Assembly (NCBI GenBank): GCA_947165355.1
Contig: CAMUZZ010000004.1
Coordinates: forward strand, 1-54,573
DNA: 54,573 bases
Reading direction: 5' to 3'
Origin: an uncultured Clostridium sp.
Lineage (GTDB): Bacteria; Bacillota; Clostridia; TANB77; CAG-508
The position numbers were made by a program, and so were the translations under genes. Below, piece after piece: positions 1 to 10,533 of this stretch (the stretch's first letter is position 1; the number at the start of each line of letters is the position of its first letter). A model generated the notes under the pieces. The model was not told the origin of the DNA and did not search any database. It saw only the letters and a program-made list of their open reading frames with translations.

Positions 1-1
1 T

Positions 2-673
2 AGCTGGGGAATTCTTACAATACAAGGATATGGTTTAACAGAAACATCACCAGTACTTTGTGCAGAGAATGCTAAATACATAAGGGCAGGATCTGTTGGA
101 CTTCCACTTCCAGATATTGAAATGAAAATTGATAATCCAAATGAGGATGGAATAGGTGAAATTATAGCTAAAGGTCCAAATGTAATGCAGGGGTATTACA
201 ATAATGAAGAAGCAACTAAACAAGCATTAGTAGATGGTTGGTATCATACAGGAGATTTGGGTTATGTTGATAAGGATGGCTTCTTCTTTATTACAGGTAG
301 AAAGAAAAATGTTATAGTTTTAAAGAATGGTAAGAATGTATTTCCAGAAGAGCTAGAAGTACTTATTAATAATTTGCCATATGTACTTGAAAGCATAGTA
401 TTCGGATATCCTAAGGATGACGATTATGTTTTATCAACTAAAATTGTATATGATGAAAACTATGTTAAAACTAATTTCAAAGGAATAACACCAGAAGAAC
501 TTGAAGAAAAGATCTGGAATGACATTAAAGAAATAAATAGTACTGTGCCTAAGTACAAACATATTAAAAAATACATTATAACGAATGAACCAATGATTAA
601 AACAACAACTGCTAAAATAAAGAAATTTGAAGAAGTTGACAAGATAATAAAAGAAGGATTAATTAAGTTTTAA
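2..673 (+). CDS. Long-chain fatty acid-CoA ligase / AMP-binding protein, 5' partial
   Basis: Frame is open from base 2 (QGYGLTETSP). GEIIAKGPNVMQGYY, WYHTGDLG and ITGRKKNVI are adenylate-forming enzyme motifs. Confidence 0.9.
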   Translation, partial: SWGILTIQGYGLTETSPVLCAENAKYIRAGSVGLPLPDIEMKIDNPNEDGIGEIIAKGPNVMQGYYNNEEATKQALVDGWYHTGDLGYVDKDGFFFITGRKKNVIVLKNGKNVFPEELEVLINNLPYVLESIVFGYPKDDDYVLSTKIVYDENYVKTNFKGITPEELEEKIWNDIKEINSTVPKYKHIKKYIITNEPMIKTTTAKIKKFEEVDKIIKEGLIKF

Positions 674-697
674 CAATAAAATATAAGTGAGGTAATT

Positions 698-1288
698 ATG
701 AGCAGAACAATAATTTTAGCAACAAATAATCAAAACAAAGTTAGTGAAATAAAAGCAGTTCTTGCACCGCTTGGAATAGAAGTATTATCGCAGTCTGAAG
801 CGGGATATAACATCAGCGTTGAAGAAACTGGAACTACGTTCGAAGAAAATGCAATTCTTAAAGCTAGAGCAATATATAAGATAAGTCATACTCCGGTAAT
901 GTCTGATGATAGTGGACTAGAGGTCGACTTTCTAAATGGGGAGCCAGGAGTACATTCTTCAAGATACGCAGGTGAAGATGCTACCAACGATGAAAAAATG
1001 GATAAAGTATTAAATAAAATGAAGAATGCAGGAGACAATGAAAGAACTGCTAGATTCAGATGTGCAATATGCTTCATCGATGAAGATGGTGAAGAGCACA
1101 TATTTGAGGGAAAATGCGAAGGAATTATAGCAAAAGAAAAAATTGGTGAGAGTGGCTTTGGCTATGATCCAATATTTTTATATAATGGAGTAAGTTTTGC
1201 AAGCATGACTAAAGAAGAAAAAAACAAAGTTAGCCACAGAGGAAATGCAGTAAATAGATTTGTAGAATTCTTAAAACTTAAATATTAG
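698..1288 (+). CDS. rdgB: Non-canonical purine NTP pyrophosphatase (RdgB/Ham1)
   Basis: ATNNQNK, ETGTTFEENA, DDSGLEVDFLNGEPGVHSSRY, GFGYDPIF and SHRG motifs. Confidence 0.95.
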   Translation: MSRTIILATNNQNKVSEIKAVLAPLGIEVLSQSEAGYNISVEETGTTFEENAILKARAIYKISHTPVMSDDSGLEVDFLNGEPGVHSSRYAGEDATNDEKMDKVLNKMKNAGDNERTARFRCAICFIDEDGEEHIFEGKCEGIIAKEKIGESGFGYDPIFLYNGVSFASMTKEEKNKVSHRGNAVNRFVEFLKLKY

Positions 1289-1309
1289 GGACGGAGCAAA
1301 AAATTAAAG
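1288..1309 (+). repeat. GGGACGGAGC dispersed repeat, truncated copy
   Basis: GGGACGGAGCAAAAAATTAAAG overlaps the rdgB TAG and runs into the rusA RBS. Confidence 0.85.
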
Positions 1310-1317
1310 GAGAAACA

Positions 1318-1728
1318 ATGATATACGAATTTGATGTACCAGGGAAAATAATAGGAAAAGGAAGACCAAGACTAAACTCATACACAGGAACAGTATACAC
1401 ACCAACCAAAACAAAAGATTATGAGTCACTTGTGCAACAGTATTTTTTACTAAAATATCCTAAATTCAAGCCTTTTGAAGGAAGGGTGCAAGTTGAAATA
1501 AATGCGCGTTTTCAAATTCCTAAATCTGCTAATAAAACAGAAAAAAGCTTAATGTTAGAAAATAAAGTTAATCCAACAAAAAAGCCAGATATAGACAATA
1601 TTGTTAAAATAATATTAGACGCTATGAATGGAGTAGCTTTTAATGATGATATTCAAATTACGAAATTGAATGTAGAAAAGTCGTATGCTGATGAAGAAAG
1701 TGTACAAATAAAAATAAGTGAATATTAA
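1318..1728 (+). CDS. rusA: RusA family Holliday junction resolvase
   Basis: GKGRPR, YTPTKTKDYE, KKPDIDNIVKIILDAMNGVAFNDDIQI. Confidence 0.9.
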   Translation: MIYEFDVPGKIIGKGRPRLNSYTGTVYTPTKTKDYESLVQQYFLLKYPKFKPFEGRVQVEINARFQIPKSANKTEKSLMLENKVNPTKKPDIDNIVKIILDAMNGVAFNDDIQITKLNVEKSYADEESVQIKISEY

Positions 1729-1743
1729 TTTATATTTAGAAAT

Positions 1744-1774
1744 AATCCAGATAAATAATGTTTATCTGGATTTT
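1744..1774 (+). terminator. Intrinsic terminator after rusA
   Basis: AATCCAGATAAA / TTTATCTGGATT stem followed by Ts. Confidence 0.7.
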
Positions 1775-1892
1775 ATGTTTTATTATGTATTTTTAAGAGA
1801 TATGGTTTTACAAAAAAATACGCCAATTACGTAATAAAAAAAAATCTCCCGAATAAATATACAATATATATTTTTTATAGGGGGAAATTAAA

Positions 1893-2222
1893 TTGAGAAA
1901 ATCATTCTGTTTGACAATATTAATTTTTACTTTAGTATTTGTACCATTCAAATTGCATAAAAGAAATTCTATAGAATTTAAACTATACAACTCAAGTTTA
2001 AAGTGTATTGATGGACAAGTAATAAATATATTCAAGATAAAGGAGCATAGCTACAAATGCTTAATATTTGAGAATAGATGTAAATATATAAACTCATACA
2101 ATCCACCAAAGATGCTTTTAGGAATATTTGTTATATATTCCATAATTAAATACATTTTATCAAAGATGTATACCAAACTTATGAATAATACTAAACAATA
2201 CTGGGAATACGCCATGGTGTAA
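1893..2222 (+). CDS. Hypothetical protein (doubtful)
   Basis: 109-aa ORF with TTG start, a G-rich upstream RBS candidate and a hydrophobic N-terminus. No recognisable motif. Confidence 0.3.
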   Translation: MRKSFCLTILIFTLVFVPFKLHKRNSIEFKLYNSSLKCIDGQVINIFKIKEHSYKCLIFENRCKYINSYNPPKMLLGIFVIYSIIKYILSKMYTKLMNNTKQYWEYAMV

Positions 2223-2315
2223 ATACAAGATATAACTTTGCAAAGTTGCAAAAAAACATACACAATGCTAAAATGTTTATCAATAGAATTAATATTTTAG
2301 AGGTGGATATAACTT

Positions 2316-4820
2316 ATGAGAAGTGATAAAAATAAACATGGACGTAGAGTTAAACAAAATAGATATGATAGTTATTCAAAATCTAGATACGATTATGAGG
2401 ACGACAGAAGAGCTCAAGGAAGGTCCGAAAGAAATCGAAAAAGAAGAAAAACCAAGAAACCGCTTAGTGAAGGAAAAAAGAGATTTATAAGAAAATGTAA
2501 TAATATATTTATATTTTTATATATAATTTTTGCAATATACAGAATTATTTCATATTTCTCATGGAAAAGCATAGTTGTTCCTATGATGAAAAACGAAAGT
2601 ACAGCAGTAGTTGATATAAACGGCGGGGTTGTAGAAAAAATAGGCGGAGAGCGAGCAAAACTAAATGTTAGTAAATCTGATATTCCTCAAGATTTAATTG
2701 ATGCATACGTAGACATAGAAGATGAAAGATTCTATTCACATAAAGGTGTTGATATTAAAAGAACAACTGCTGCCATTGGAACATACATAACGCATGGTGG
2801 AAAATCTTCATTTGGTGGAAGTACTATTACCCAGCAATTAGTAAAAAACATTACAGGAAATGATGATACATCAATTTCAAGAAAAGTTGAAGAATGGATA
2901 AAAGCACTAGAGCTGGAAAGCTTTGCAAGCAAAGATGAAATACTAGTAGCATATTTAAACATTATATATACTGCTCCAAATGTTTATGGCGTTGGAATGG
3001 GAGCAAGATATTATTTTGATAAAGATGTACAAGATTTAAGTTTGGCTGAATGTGCGTATATAGCCGGAATTAATATATCACCAAATTCATACAATCCATT
3101 TACAGAAAGCGACAATTCTCAAAGAATTAAAAATAGAACAAAAACCGTACTTGGAAAGATGCTTGCTAAAAAACATATAACTCAAGAAGAATATGATGCA
3201 GCAATTGAGGAGGTAGAAAATGGTTTAGCATTTTCAAAAGGTGAAGTAACAACAGAAAATGATGGAGTGTATTCTTATTACACTGATGCTGTTGTATCTG
3301 AAGTTGTTGAGGACATTTCTGAAAAGAAACATATAAATAAAAAATTAGCTACAAATTATTTGTATATGGCAGGACTTACTATTCATAGCGCCGAAGATAG
3401 CTCTGTACAAGAAAAAATTGAAAATGAGTATGAGAACAAAAACTACATACTTACATCATCAAGTGGGCAAAAGTCACAAGCTGCAATGGTAATTATTGAT
3501 CATACAACAGGACAAGTTAGAGGCGTAGCAGGAGGACTAGGAGAAAAAACTGTATCTAGAGGATTAAACAGAGCAACCCAGAGCTATAGGCAAACTGGTT
3601 CTGCAATTAAGCCAATTGCAGTATTAGCACCAGGAATAGATAATAGAACATTTACGGCTTCAACAGTTTATGCTGATGAGCCAACCACATTTGCTGGTGG
3701 ATACGAACCAAAAGATAATGATAAGTGCATTGGAGATATAACTGTTAGGAGAGCAGTTGAATCATCGCAAAATATTCCATTTGTAAAGATGATGGAGCAA
3801 GTAACACCTAAAGTTTCTATTAAATATATGAGAAAAATGGGTATTTCGTCTTTAACAGACCGAGATGAAACATTAGCCCTAGCTTTAGGAGGAGAAGATA
3901 AAGGTATTACACCGTTAGAAATGGCAGGAGCATATGCATGTATTGCAAATGATGGCGTATACATTGAACCAACATTTTATAAAGACGTTGTAGATTCAAA
4001 TGGCAAAACTGTTATAAAATCAAAGCAAAAAAAGAAAAAAGTTTTCTCAAAAGAAGTGGCATATATTCTTAAAGACTTATTAAAGCAACCTGTTGAAGGA
4101 GCAAGTGGTACTGCAAAAGTATGCAAAATAAGCGGAATGGATGTTGCTGCAAAAACAGGAACAACAAGCGAAAACTACGATAAATGGTTATGTGGATTTA
4201 CTCCATATTACACAGCTGTTACATGGTATGGATATGATCAAAATGAATCAATATCATATGGAGGAAGAAGTCCTGCCGCTCAGCTATGGTCAGCTGTAAT
4301 GAGAAAAGTTCATAGCAACTTGGAAGGAGCATCATTTAGCAAGCCATCTGGTGTGAAAGAAGCGGAAGTATGTTCAAAAAACGGAAAACTTGCAAATTCT
4401 AAATGTAGTCCAACACATACAGAGTATTATTTAGGAGGCACTTTACCAGATAAGTGTGTTGAATGTACAGGTGCAAGTTATACAAATAAAAATACAACAA
4501 ATAATGAACCTGTAAGCAATAATGATGAAGAAGATGATGATGAACAAGATGATGATACACAAGTAACCAATGTTCCAGCAAACAGTGTACAAAATAAAAC
4601 AGAAACAACACCAAGCAGTAATACTAACAGTCAAAATACTGTACAAAACACTTCTTCAAGCACTTCAACTAATACAGTAAATAATCAAAACTCAACTAAT
4701 AATCAAAACACTACAAACAATACAGGCAATAAACCAACATCTAACAATAATGATGATGACACAAATAATAGCAATCAAAGTGGTTTGGTAGATGATGGAG
4801 AGCAAGATACAGGACCATAA
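2316..4820 (+). CDS. Class A penicillin-binding protein (transglycosylase/transpeptidase)
   Basis: EDERFYSHKGVD, GGSTITQQLVKN, RKVEE, SAIK (SxxK), SQN and KTGT motifs. N-terminal TM helix and N/T/D-rich tail. Confidence 0.95.
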   Translation: MRSDKNKHGRRVKQNRYDSYSKSRYDYEDDRRAQGRSERNRKRRKTKKPLSEGKKRFIRKCNNIFIFLYIIFAIYRIISYFSWKSIVVPMMKNESTAVVDINGGVVEKIGGERAKLNVSKSDIPQDLIDAYVDIEDERFYSHKGVDIKRTTAAIGTYITHGGKSSFGGSTITQQLVKNITGNDDTSISRKVEEWIKALELESFASKDEILVAYLNIIYTAPNVYGVGMGARYYFDKDVQDLSLAECAYIAGINISPNSYNPFTESDNSQRIKNRTKTVLGKMLAKKHITQEEYDAAIEEVENGLAFSKGEVTTENDGVYSYYTDAVVSEVVEDISEKKHINKKLATNYLYMAGLTIHSAEDSSVQEKIENEYENKNYILTSSSGQKSQAAMVIIDHTTGQVRGVAGGLGEKTVSRGLNRATQSYRQTGSAIKPIAVLAPGIDNRTFTASTVYADEPTTFAGGYEPKDNDKCIGDITVRRAVESSQNIPFVKMMEQVTPKVSIKYMRKMGISSLTDRDETLALALGGEDKGITPLEMAGAYACIANDGVYIEPTFYKDVVDSNGKTVIKSKQKKKKVFSKEVAYILKDLLKQPVEGASGTAKVCKISGMDVAAKTGTTSENYDKWLCGFTPYYTAVTWYGYDQNESISYGGRSPAAQLWSAVMRKVHSNLEGASFSKPSGVKEAEVCSKNGKLANSKCSPTHTEYYLGGTLPDKCVECTGASYTNKNTTNNEPVSNNDEEDDDEQDDDTQVTNVPANSVQNKTETTPSSNTNSQNTVQNTSSSTSTNTVNNQNSTNNQNTTNNTGNKPTSNNNDDDTNNSNQSGLVDDGEQDTGP

Positions 4821-4883
4821 ACATAGTTTAAAAATAATTCATGTGGTTATACTGTAAATACTAATGTAATTATAGGAGGTCGC

Positions 4884-5033
4884 ATGAAAGAAAAGAAAAA
4901 TAATGAGAATAAAGAGGATACAACAAAATATGGAGAGTTCATTGCTTCATTCTTTGATTGGATAACACCAGATAAACAAAAAAAGAGAGCAGAAGAATTA
5001 GAAAATATAACTAAAAGAGACATTGACAAATAA
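4884..5033 (+). CDS. Small hypothetical protein (49 aa), absent from ORF track
   Basis: AGGAGGT RBS then ATG; translates as MKEKKNNENKEDTTKYGEFIASFFDWITPDKQKKRAEELENITKRDIDK. Confidence 0.55.
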   Translation: MKEKKNNENKEDTTKYGEFIASFFDWITPDKQKKRAEELENITKRDIDK

Positions 5034-5051
5034 TTCGGATGCTTATATAAT
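5023..5051 (+). promoter_or_regulatory. SigA-type promoter
   Basis: TTGACA-17 nt-TATAAT, a perfect consensus. Confidence 0.8.
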
Positions 5052-5103
5052 TTCATACAATATCCAATGATTGGATGATATTGTAAGGAAGGGGCGTTTG
5101 TTT

Positions 5104-5325
5104 ATGACTGAAGCAGAGCGTCAACAATACTTGCAAGATATTGCTCGGAATATGGATGTTGCAATTAAATGTATGGAACGTAGTTACAAAATGTTATCAC
5201 AGCTTATGGACAAAGATATAGAAAACATTCGCTCTTATGGGGAACTATTTGATCATATGATTATATCAAAATCAAATTTAAATGATGCAAACAACATTGT
5301 TGCAAGTAAAATATTCAAGGGTTAA
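5104..5325 (+). CDS. Hypothetical protein (73 aa, orphan cassette)
   Basis: AAGGAAGGGG RBS before ATG 5104. Has its own promoter and a terminator at 5332-5381. Confidence 0.65.
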   Translation: MTEAERQQYLQDIARNMDVAIKCMERSYKMLSQLMDKDIENIRSYGELFDHMIISKSNLNDANNIVASKIFKG

Positions 5326-5516
5326 TATCACAAAAAGAATGACTGCAAAGGTGAATTTAAACCAATGCAGTTTCTTTTTTTGTGTAATAAATTGAATAGA
5401 AAATATTTTAAATAAAATGTCAAAAAATGTTGTTTCTTTATCTCAAAGTGTGATATTATAAACGTGCTTAGCAGAGATTAATAAGCAGGATAACAGAAAA
5501 AGGAGAGAAAACGGAA

Positions 5517-5888
5517 ATGGAAGTAAACGAAGAGAAAAGACAAAAATTTATTGAATACGCAGGAAAAAGAGTTAACAATGTAATGCATGACATTCAAATA
5601 TTAGAGCCAATGTCAAGAAGCAGTAGTTACGACTACACAAAACAAGACCTAGAAGAAATGTTTTCAGCTATGGAAGAATGTTTAAACCAAACAAAAGAAG
5701 AGTTTTACAAAAAATTTGCTGAAAAAGAAGCAAAAGTTGCTAGAAAAACATTTACATTTGGAAGCTCAAGCGTAGCTACTCAAACTCCAAATAATGTATG
5801 TGAAGCAGGAAGCATAGCTACTACAATAGTTGAAAATAATGAAGTAAATGCAGTTAATACAGAAAATAACAATTCTGAAATGTTATAA
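5517..5888 (+). CDS. Hypothetical protein
   Basis: AAAGGAG RBS; helical N-terminal domain (KRQKFIEYAGKRVNN...YDYT). Confidence 0.75.
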   Translation: MEVNEEKRQKFIEYAGKRVNNVMHDIQILEPMSRSSSYDYTKQDLEEMFSAMEECLNQTKEEFYKKFAEKEAKVARKTFTFGSSSVATQTPNNVCEAGSIATTIVENNEVNAVNTENNNSEML

Positions 5889-5960
5889 AAAAATTAGAAG
5901 TGTTTTGTAAATAAAAGCACTTCTTTTTTAAAAATTAAACACAGCAAAGGGGCGAAAAAA

Positions 5961-8900
5961 TTGCCAGAGGAGAAGGTTCTTAAGAAGATAGGTACTGTTT
6001 TCGAGGATTTTAAAAACACAAGCAATATATTAAATGCAAAAATTGAGCGTGTTAATTTATATAAAAAAGAACAGCTATTTGAAGTATTTTTAATTTCAGA
6101 TGACATTATTAAAATCCAGGAAATTCATGCCTTCGAAAAATTTTTAATTAGAAGATTTAATTTAAATAGAGCAACAGTTAAAATTACATACAATAATACT
6201 CCAAGTATAGATATTAAAAATGAATGGAGTAATATTGTAGATTATTTGTCATACAGACATCCTATGGCGAAGGCAATATTAATGCGTAGTGAAGTTGATG
6301 TATCAGATAGCATTATAACGGTTACTATACGTATGCCTGGAAAAGACTTTCTTATTGCAAAAGGAATGGATAATGTTTTCGGAGAAACTCTAGAAAATAT
6401 ATATGGACAAAAGTATAAAATTATTTTTAAAGAAAATATAGATAATGAACGATTAGAAAAATACAAAGAAGAAATGAAAAATGCTGAAGAGCAAGAGTTA
6501 CTGGAATTAACAAGAAAAAATGAAGAGCTAAAAGAAGAAAAGAAAAAAAAGTCTGAAGATAAAAAAGAAAATGCTGACGGTGGTAATACAAATAATAATA
6601 CCAATACGGCTCCAGAACAAGGAAATGTACCACCTGCACCTGAGACCAAAGAAGAAGAGCCCGAAGAAATAACACCTTTAATATATGGTAGAACCCAAAA
6701 CATAAAAGCTCCATCATCAAAAATTGTTGAATTATCAGTAGATAGCGGTAAGGTATGTATTGAAGGGACAATACTAAATTCAAACAAAGATTACGTTAAA
6801 TTTAAAGAAAAAGTATTTACAAACTACACTAATGAAAGACTATTAAAAAATGGAAAAACGCTTTATATGTTCGATTTATATGATGGAACTGGAACCATAA
6901 CATGTAAAGCATTTGTTGATGAAGAAAAAATAAAAAGCTTTAAGTCAAGAATGAAGGGGGCTACAAATGTAAGGGTAGAAGGAAATGCCCAGTTTGATCC
7001 TTACGCTAATGAGCTAGGAGTTCTTGCAAATACAATTATTGAAGTTGCTGGTTCTGGTAAAAAAGAAGAGCGTATGGATAATAGCAAAGAAAAAAGAGTT
7101 GAGCTTCATATGCATACAAAAATGAGCCAGATGGATGGCGTTTCTGAGGCGCAAGATTTAATTAAAAGAGCAATGAAGTGGGGATGGAAATCTATTGCAA
7201 TAACTGATCATGGAGTTGTTCAATCATTTCCAGAAGCTCATCATTTACTAGGTTACGATAATCCTGATATGAAAGTAATATATGGTGTTGAAGCATATTT
7301 GGTTCCAGACAAACCATCAAATGTTACAAAGCCACGTGGACAAGATATAGATACCACATATTGCGTATTCGATTTAGAAACTACGGGACTATCATTTAGA
7401 ACTGAAAAAATTACAGAAATTGGAATAATGAAAATAAAAAATGGTGAAGTTATAGATAGTTTTTCATCATTTGTAAATCCAGAAAAACCAATTCCACAAA
7501 AGGTTATAGATGTAACAAATATTACAGACGATATGGTAGCTGATGCACCAAAAATTCAAGAATTATTGCCTAAAATATTAGAATTTATGGGAGATTCTGT
7601 ACTTGTTGGTCATAATGTAGATTTTGATATAGGGTTTTTAAAATATAACTGTCATAAGTTCGGTTATGAGCTAGACAATACATATGTAGATACGTTAAGG
7701 TTAGCAAAAGATTTATTTCCTGAATTTAAAAAATATAAATTAGGAATTATAGCTGAAAACCTAGGAATAAAAGTTGATGTAGCTCATAGAGCACTAGATG
7801 ATGTTGATACTACGGTAAAAGTGTTTAATGTTATGATGGGCATGCTAAAAGAGCGTGGAGCTAAGAAAATAGAGGATATGGATAAGGTATGTTTGAATCC
7901 AGATATGATTAAAGATCAGTATAAAAAGCTTCCAAGCTATCATGCAATTATACTTGCACAAAATTATATTGGTTTAAGAAATTTATATAAATTAATTTCG
8001 TACTCGCATCTACATTATTTTTACAAAAAGCCACGTATTTTAAAATCTTTGTACAGAAAGTATTCTGAAGGTTTAATTATGGGTAGTGCCTGCGAAGCAG
8101 GTGAGCTATATAGGGCAATACTTGAAGGAAAACCAGATGACGAAGTAGAAGAAATTGCAAGAGATTACGATTATCTTGAAATTCAACCAATTGGAAACAA
8201 TATGCACTTAGTTCGTGAGGGTGTACTACCAGATGTTAAGGCACTAGAGGATATAAATAAAAGAATTGTTTCGTTAGGAGAAAAGCTGGATAAACTTGTT
8301 GTTGCAACCTGCGATGTTCATTTTATGGATCCACAAGATGAAATATATAGACGTATCTTGATGGCAGGACAGGGTTACGAAGATAGTGATGAGCAAGCAC
8401 CACTATATTTAAGAACCACAGAGGAGATGCTTGCAGAATTTCAGTATTTGGGTGAAGAAAAGGCATACGAGGTTGTTGTAACAAATACTAATAAAATTTC
8501 TGATATGTGCGAAAAAATAAGCCCAATATCACCAGAAAAATGTCCTCCATATATTAATAATTGTGAGCAAACTATTAAAGAAATTGCTTACAATAAAGCG
8601 CATGAATTATATGGAGAAAATTTACCACAAATAGTTGAAGAGCGATTAGATAAAGAGCTTACATCTATTATAAATAATGGATTCTCCGTTATGTACATTA
8701 TTGCTCAAAAACTGGTTTGGAAGTCTAATGATGACGGATATATAGTAGGTTCTAGAGGATCAGTTGGTTCATCTTTTGTTGCCAACATGACTGGTATTAC
8801 TGAAGTTAACTCATTACCACCTCATTATAGATGTCCAAAATGTCATTACTCAGACTTTACAGATTATGGTTTCGGTAACGGATTTGATTTACCAGATAAA

Positions 8901-10427
8901 ATGTGCCCAGAATGCGGTAATAGATTAGATAAGGACGGAATGGATATTCCATTCGAAACTTTCCTTGGGTTTAATGGAGATAAAGAGCCAGATATCGACT
9001 TAAATTTCTCTGGAGAATACCAAGCAAAGGCTCATAGATATACAGAAGTAATATTTGGAAAAGGTACTACTTTTAAAGCAGGAACAGTTGGAACTGTAGC
9101 CGAAAAAACAGCTCTTGGATATGTAAAGAAGTATTACGAAGAAAGAAATGTACCTACTAGCACAGCCGATGCATGTAGAGTAGCAGTTGGGTGTACAGGT
9201 ATAAAAAGAACAACGGGACAGCACCCTGGAGGTATTATAGTTGTACCAAAGGGAAGAGAAATATTCGAATTTACTCCAGTTCAGCATCCAGCAGATGACC
9301 CAGATTCAGACATTATTACAACTCATTTCGATTATCACTCAATAGATCAAAACTTATTAAAACTAGATATACTGGGACACGATGATCCAACAATGATAAG
9401 AATGCTGTACGACATAACAGGATTAAATCCAACAAAAGTACCGCTTGATGATAAAGAAACAATGTCTATTTTTTCATCAACCGAAGCATTAGGGGTTACA
9501 CCAGAGCAAATACATAGTAAGGTTGGAAGTTTTGGTGTTCCTGAGTTTGGTACTAAGTTTGTTAGAGGAATGCTTGTAGATACAAAACCAACCACTTTTG
9601 ACGAATTAATAAGAATATCAGGATTATCTCATGGTACTGATGTGTGGCTTGGAAATGCTCAAACTTTAATAGAAGAAGGAACAACCACTCTTCAAAACTC
9701 AATATGTTGTCGTGATGATATAATGATATATTTAATAAAAATGGGAGTTCCACCAAATCCATCATTTAAAATAATGGAAACAGTTCGTAAAGGTAAGGCT
9801 CTAAAGGATCCTGCTAAATGGGAAGAGTATAAGCAAATGATGAAAGACCATAATGTACCAGACTGGTATATTAAGTCTTGTGAAAAAATAAAATACATGT
9901 TTCCAAAAGCCCATGCTGCAGCGTACGTTACTAATGCATTTAGAATTGCATGGTACAAAGTTCATATTCCAAAAGCATATTATGCTGCATATTTTACAAT
10001 TAGAGCAGATGGCTTTGATGCAGATGTAATGTGCAATGGTAAAGAGCGCGTAAAGAATAAAATGAAAGAAATTGAACTTAAAGGTAATAGTGCATCTAAA
10101 ACTGACCAAGATATGTATGCAGTACTTGAGCTTGTAATTGAGTTTTATGAAAGAGGTTTAAAGTTCTTGCCAGTAGATTTATATAAATCTGAAGCTACTA
10201 AGTTTATAGTTGAAGATGATGGAATTAGACCTCCATTCAACAAAGTTCCAGGCTTTGGAACAGTAGCTGCTGAATGCTTGGTTGAAGCAAGAAAAAACGG
10301 AAAGTTCATGTCAATAAACGATTTAAAAATTCGTGCTAAAATAGGAGATAAAGCAATAGACGTATTAAAACAAACAGGCTGCCTAGAAGGAATGAGCCAA
10401 AGTAATCAATTAAGCCTATTTGATTAA
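5961..10427 (+). CDS. polC: DNA polymerase III subunit alpha, Gram-positive type
   Basis: PHP domain (RVELHMHTKMS, AITDHG), exonuclease (FDLETTG, HRALDD), GSRGSVGSS, PDIDLNFS and KIKYMFPKAHAAAY. Confidence 0.98.
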   Translation: MPEEKVLKKIGTVFEDFKNTSNILNAKIERVNLYKKEQLFEVFLISDDIIKIQEIHAFEKFLIRRFNLNRATVKITYNNTPSIDIKNEWSNIVDYLSYRHPMAKAILMRSEVDVSDSIITVTIRMPGKDFLIAKGMDNVFGETLENIYGQKYKIIFKENIDNERLEKYKEEMKNAEEQELLELTRKNEELKEEKKKKSEDKKENADGGNTNNNTNTAPEQGNVPPAPETKEEEPEEITPLIYGRTQNIKAPSSKIVELSVDSGKVCIEGTILNSNKDYVKFKEKVFTNYTNERLLKNGKTLYMFDLYDGTGTITCKAFVDEEKIKSFKSRMKGATNVRVEGNAQFDPYANELGVLANTIIEVAGSGKKEERMDNSKEKRVELHMHTKMSQMDGVSEAQDLIKRAMKWGWKSIAITDHGVVQSFPEAHHLLGYDNPDMKVIYGVEAYLVPDKPSNVTKPRGQDIDTTYCVFDLETTGLSFRTEKITEIGIMKIKNGEVIDSFSSFVNPEKPIPQKVIDVTNITDDMVADAPKIQELLPKILEFMGDSVLVGHNVDFDIGFLKYNCHKFGYELDNTYVDTLRLAKDLFPEFKKYKLGIIAENLGIKVDVAHRALDDVDTTVKVFNVMMGMLKERGAKKIEDMDKVCLNPDMIKDQYKKLPSYHAIILAQNYIGLRNLYKLISYSHLHYFYKKPRILKSLYRKYSEGLIMGSACEAGELYRAILEGKPDDEVEEIARDYDYLEIQPIGNNMHLVREGVLPDVKALEDINKRIVSLGEKLDKLVVATCDVHFMDPQDEIYRRILMAGQGYEDSDEQAPLYLRTTEEMLAEFQYLGEEKAYEVVVTNTNKISDMCEKISPISPEKCPPYINNCEQTIKEIAYNKAHELYGENLPQIVEERLDKELTSIINNGFSVMYIIAQKLVWKSNDDGYIVGSRGSVGSSFVANMTGITEVNSLPPHYRCPKCHYSDFTDYGFGNGFDLPDKMCPECGNRLDKDGMDIPFETFLGFNGDKEPDIDLNFSGEYQAKAHRYTEVIFGKGTTFKAGTVGTVAEKTALGYVKKYYEERNVPTSTADACRVAVGCTGIKRTTGQHPGGIIVVPKGREIFEFTPVQHPADDPDSDIITTHFDYHSIDQNLLKLDILGHDDPTMIRMLYDITGLNPTKVPLDDKETMSIFSSTEALGVTPEQIHSKVGSFGVPEFGTKFVRGMLVDTKPTTFDELIRISGLSHGTDVWLGNAQTLIEEGTTTLQNSICCRDDIMIYLIKMGVPPNPSFKIMETVRKGKALKDPAKWEEYKQMMKDHNVPDWYIKSCEKIKYMFPKAHAAAYVTNAFRIAWYKVHIPKAYYAAYFTIRADGFDADVMCNGKERVKNKMKEIELKGNSASKTDQDMYAVLELVIEFYERGLKFLPVDLYKSEATKFIVEDDGIRPPFNKVPGFGTVAAECLVEARKNGKFMSINDLKIRAKIGDKAIDVLKQTGCLEGMSQSNQLSLFD

Positions 10428-10465
10428 ATTTTGGGGACGGAGCAAAAAATTAAAGTTAACGTAAA
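10425..10465 (+). repeat. GGGACGGAGC dispersed repeat, full copy
   Basis: TAAATTTTGGGGACGGAGCAAAAAATTAAAGTTAACGTAAA begins at the polC stop codon. Confidence 0.9.
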
Positions 10466-10533
10466 TTTTGAAATCAAAAAAGATTTATAGTTATAGTTAA
10501 CAAGAAAGTTTTGAAAATAAAAGGAGAATAATT

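Noticed and set aside
4480-4800. N/T/D-rich low-complexity tail of the PBP, and the similar linker in PolC (about 6500-6670)
   Set aside because: Disordered linkers and tails are common in these proteins, and there is no intein or discrete repeat unit.
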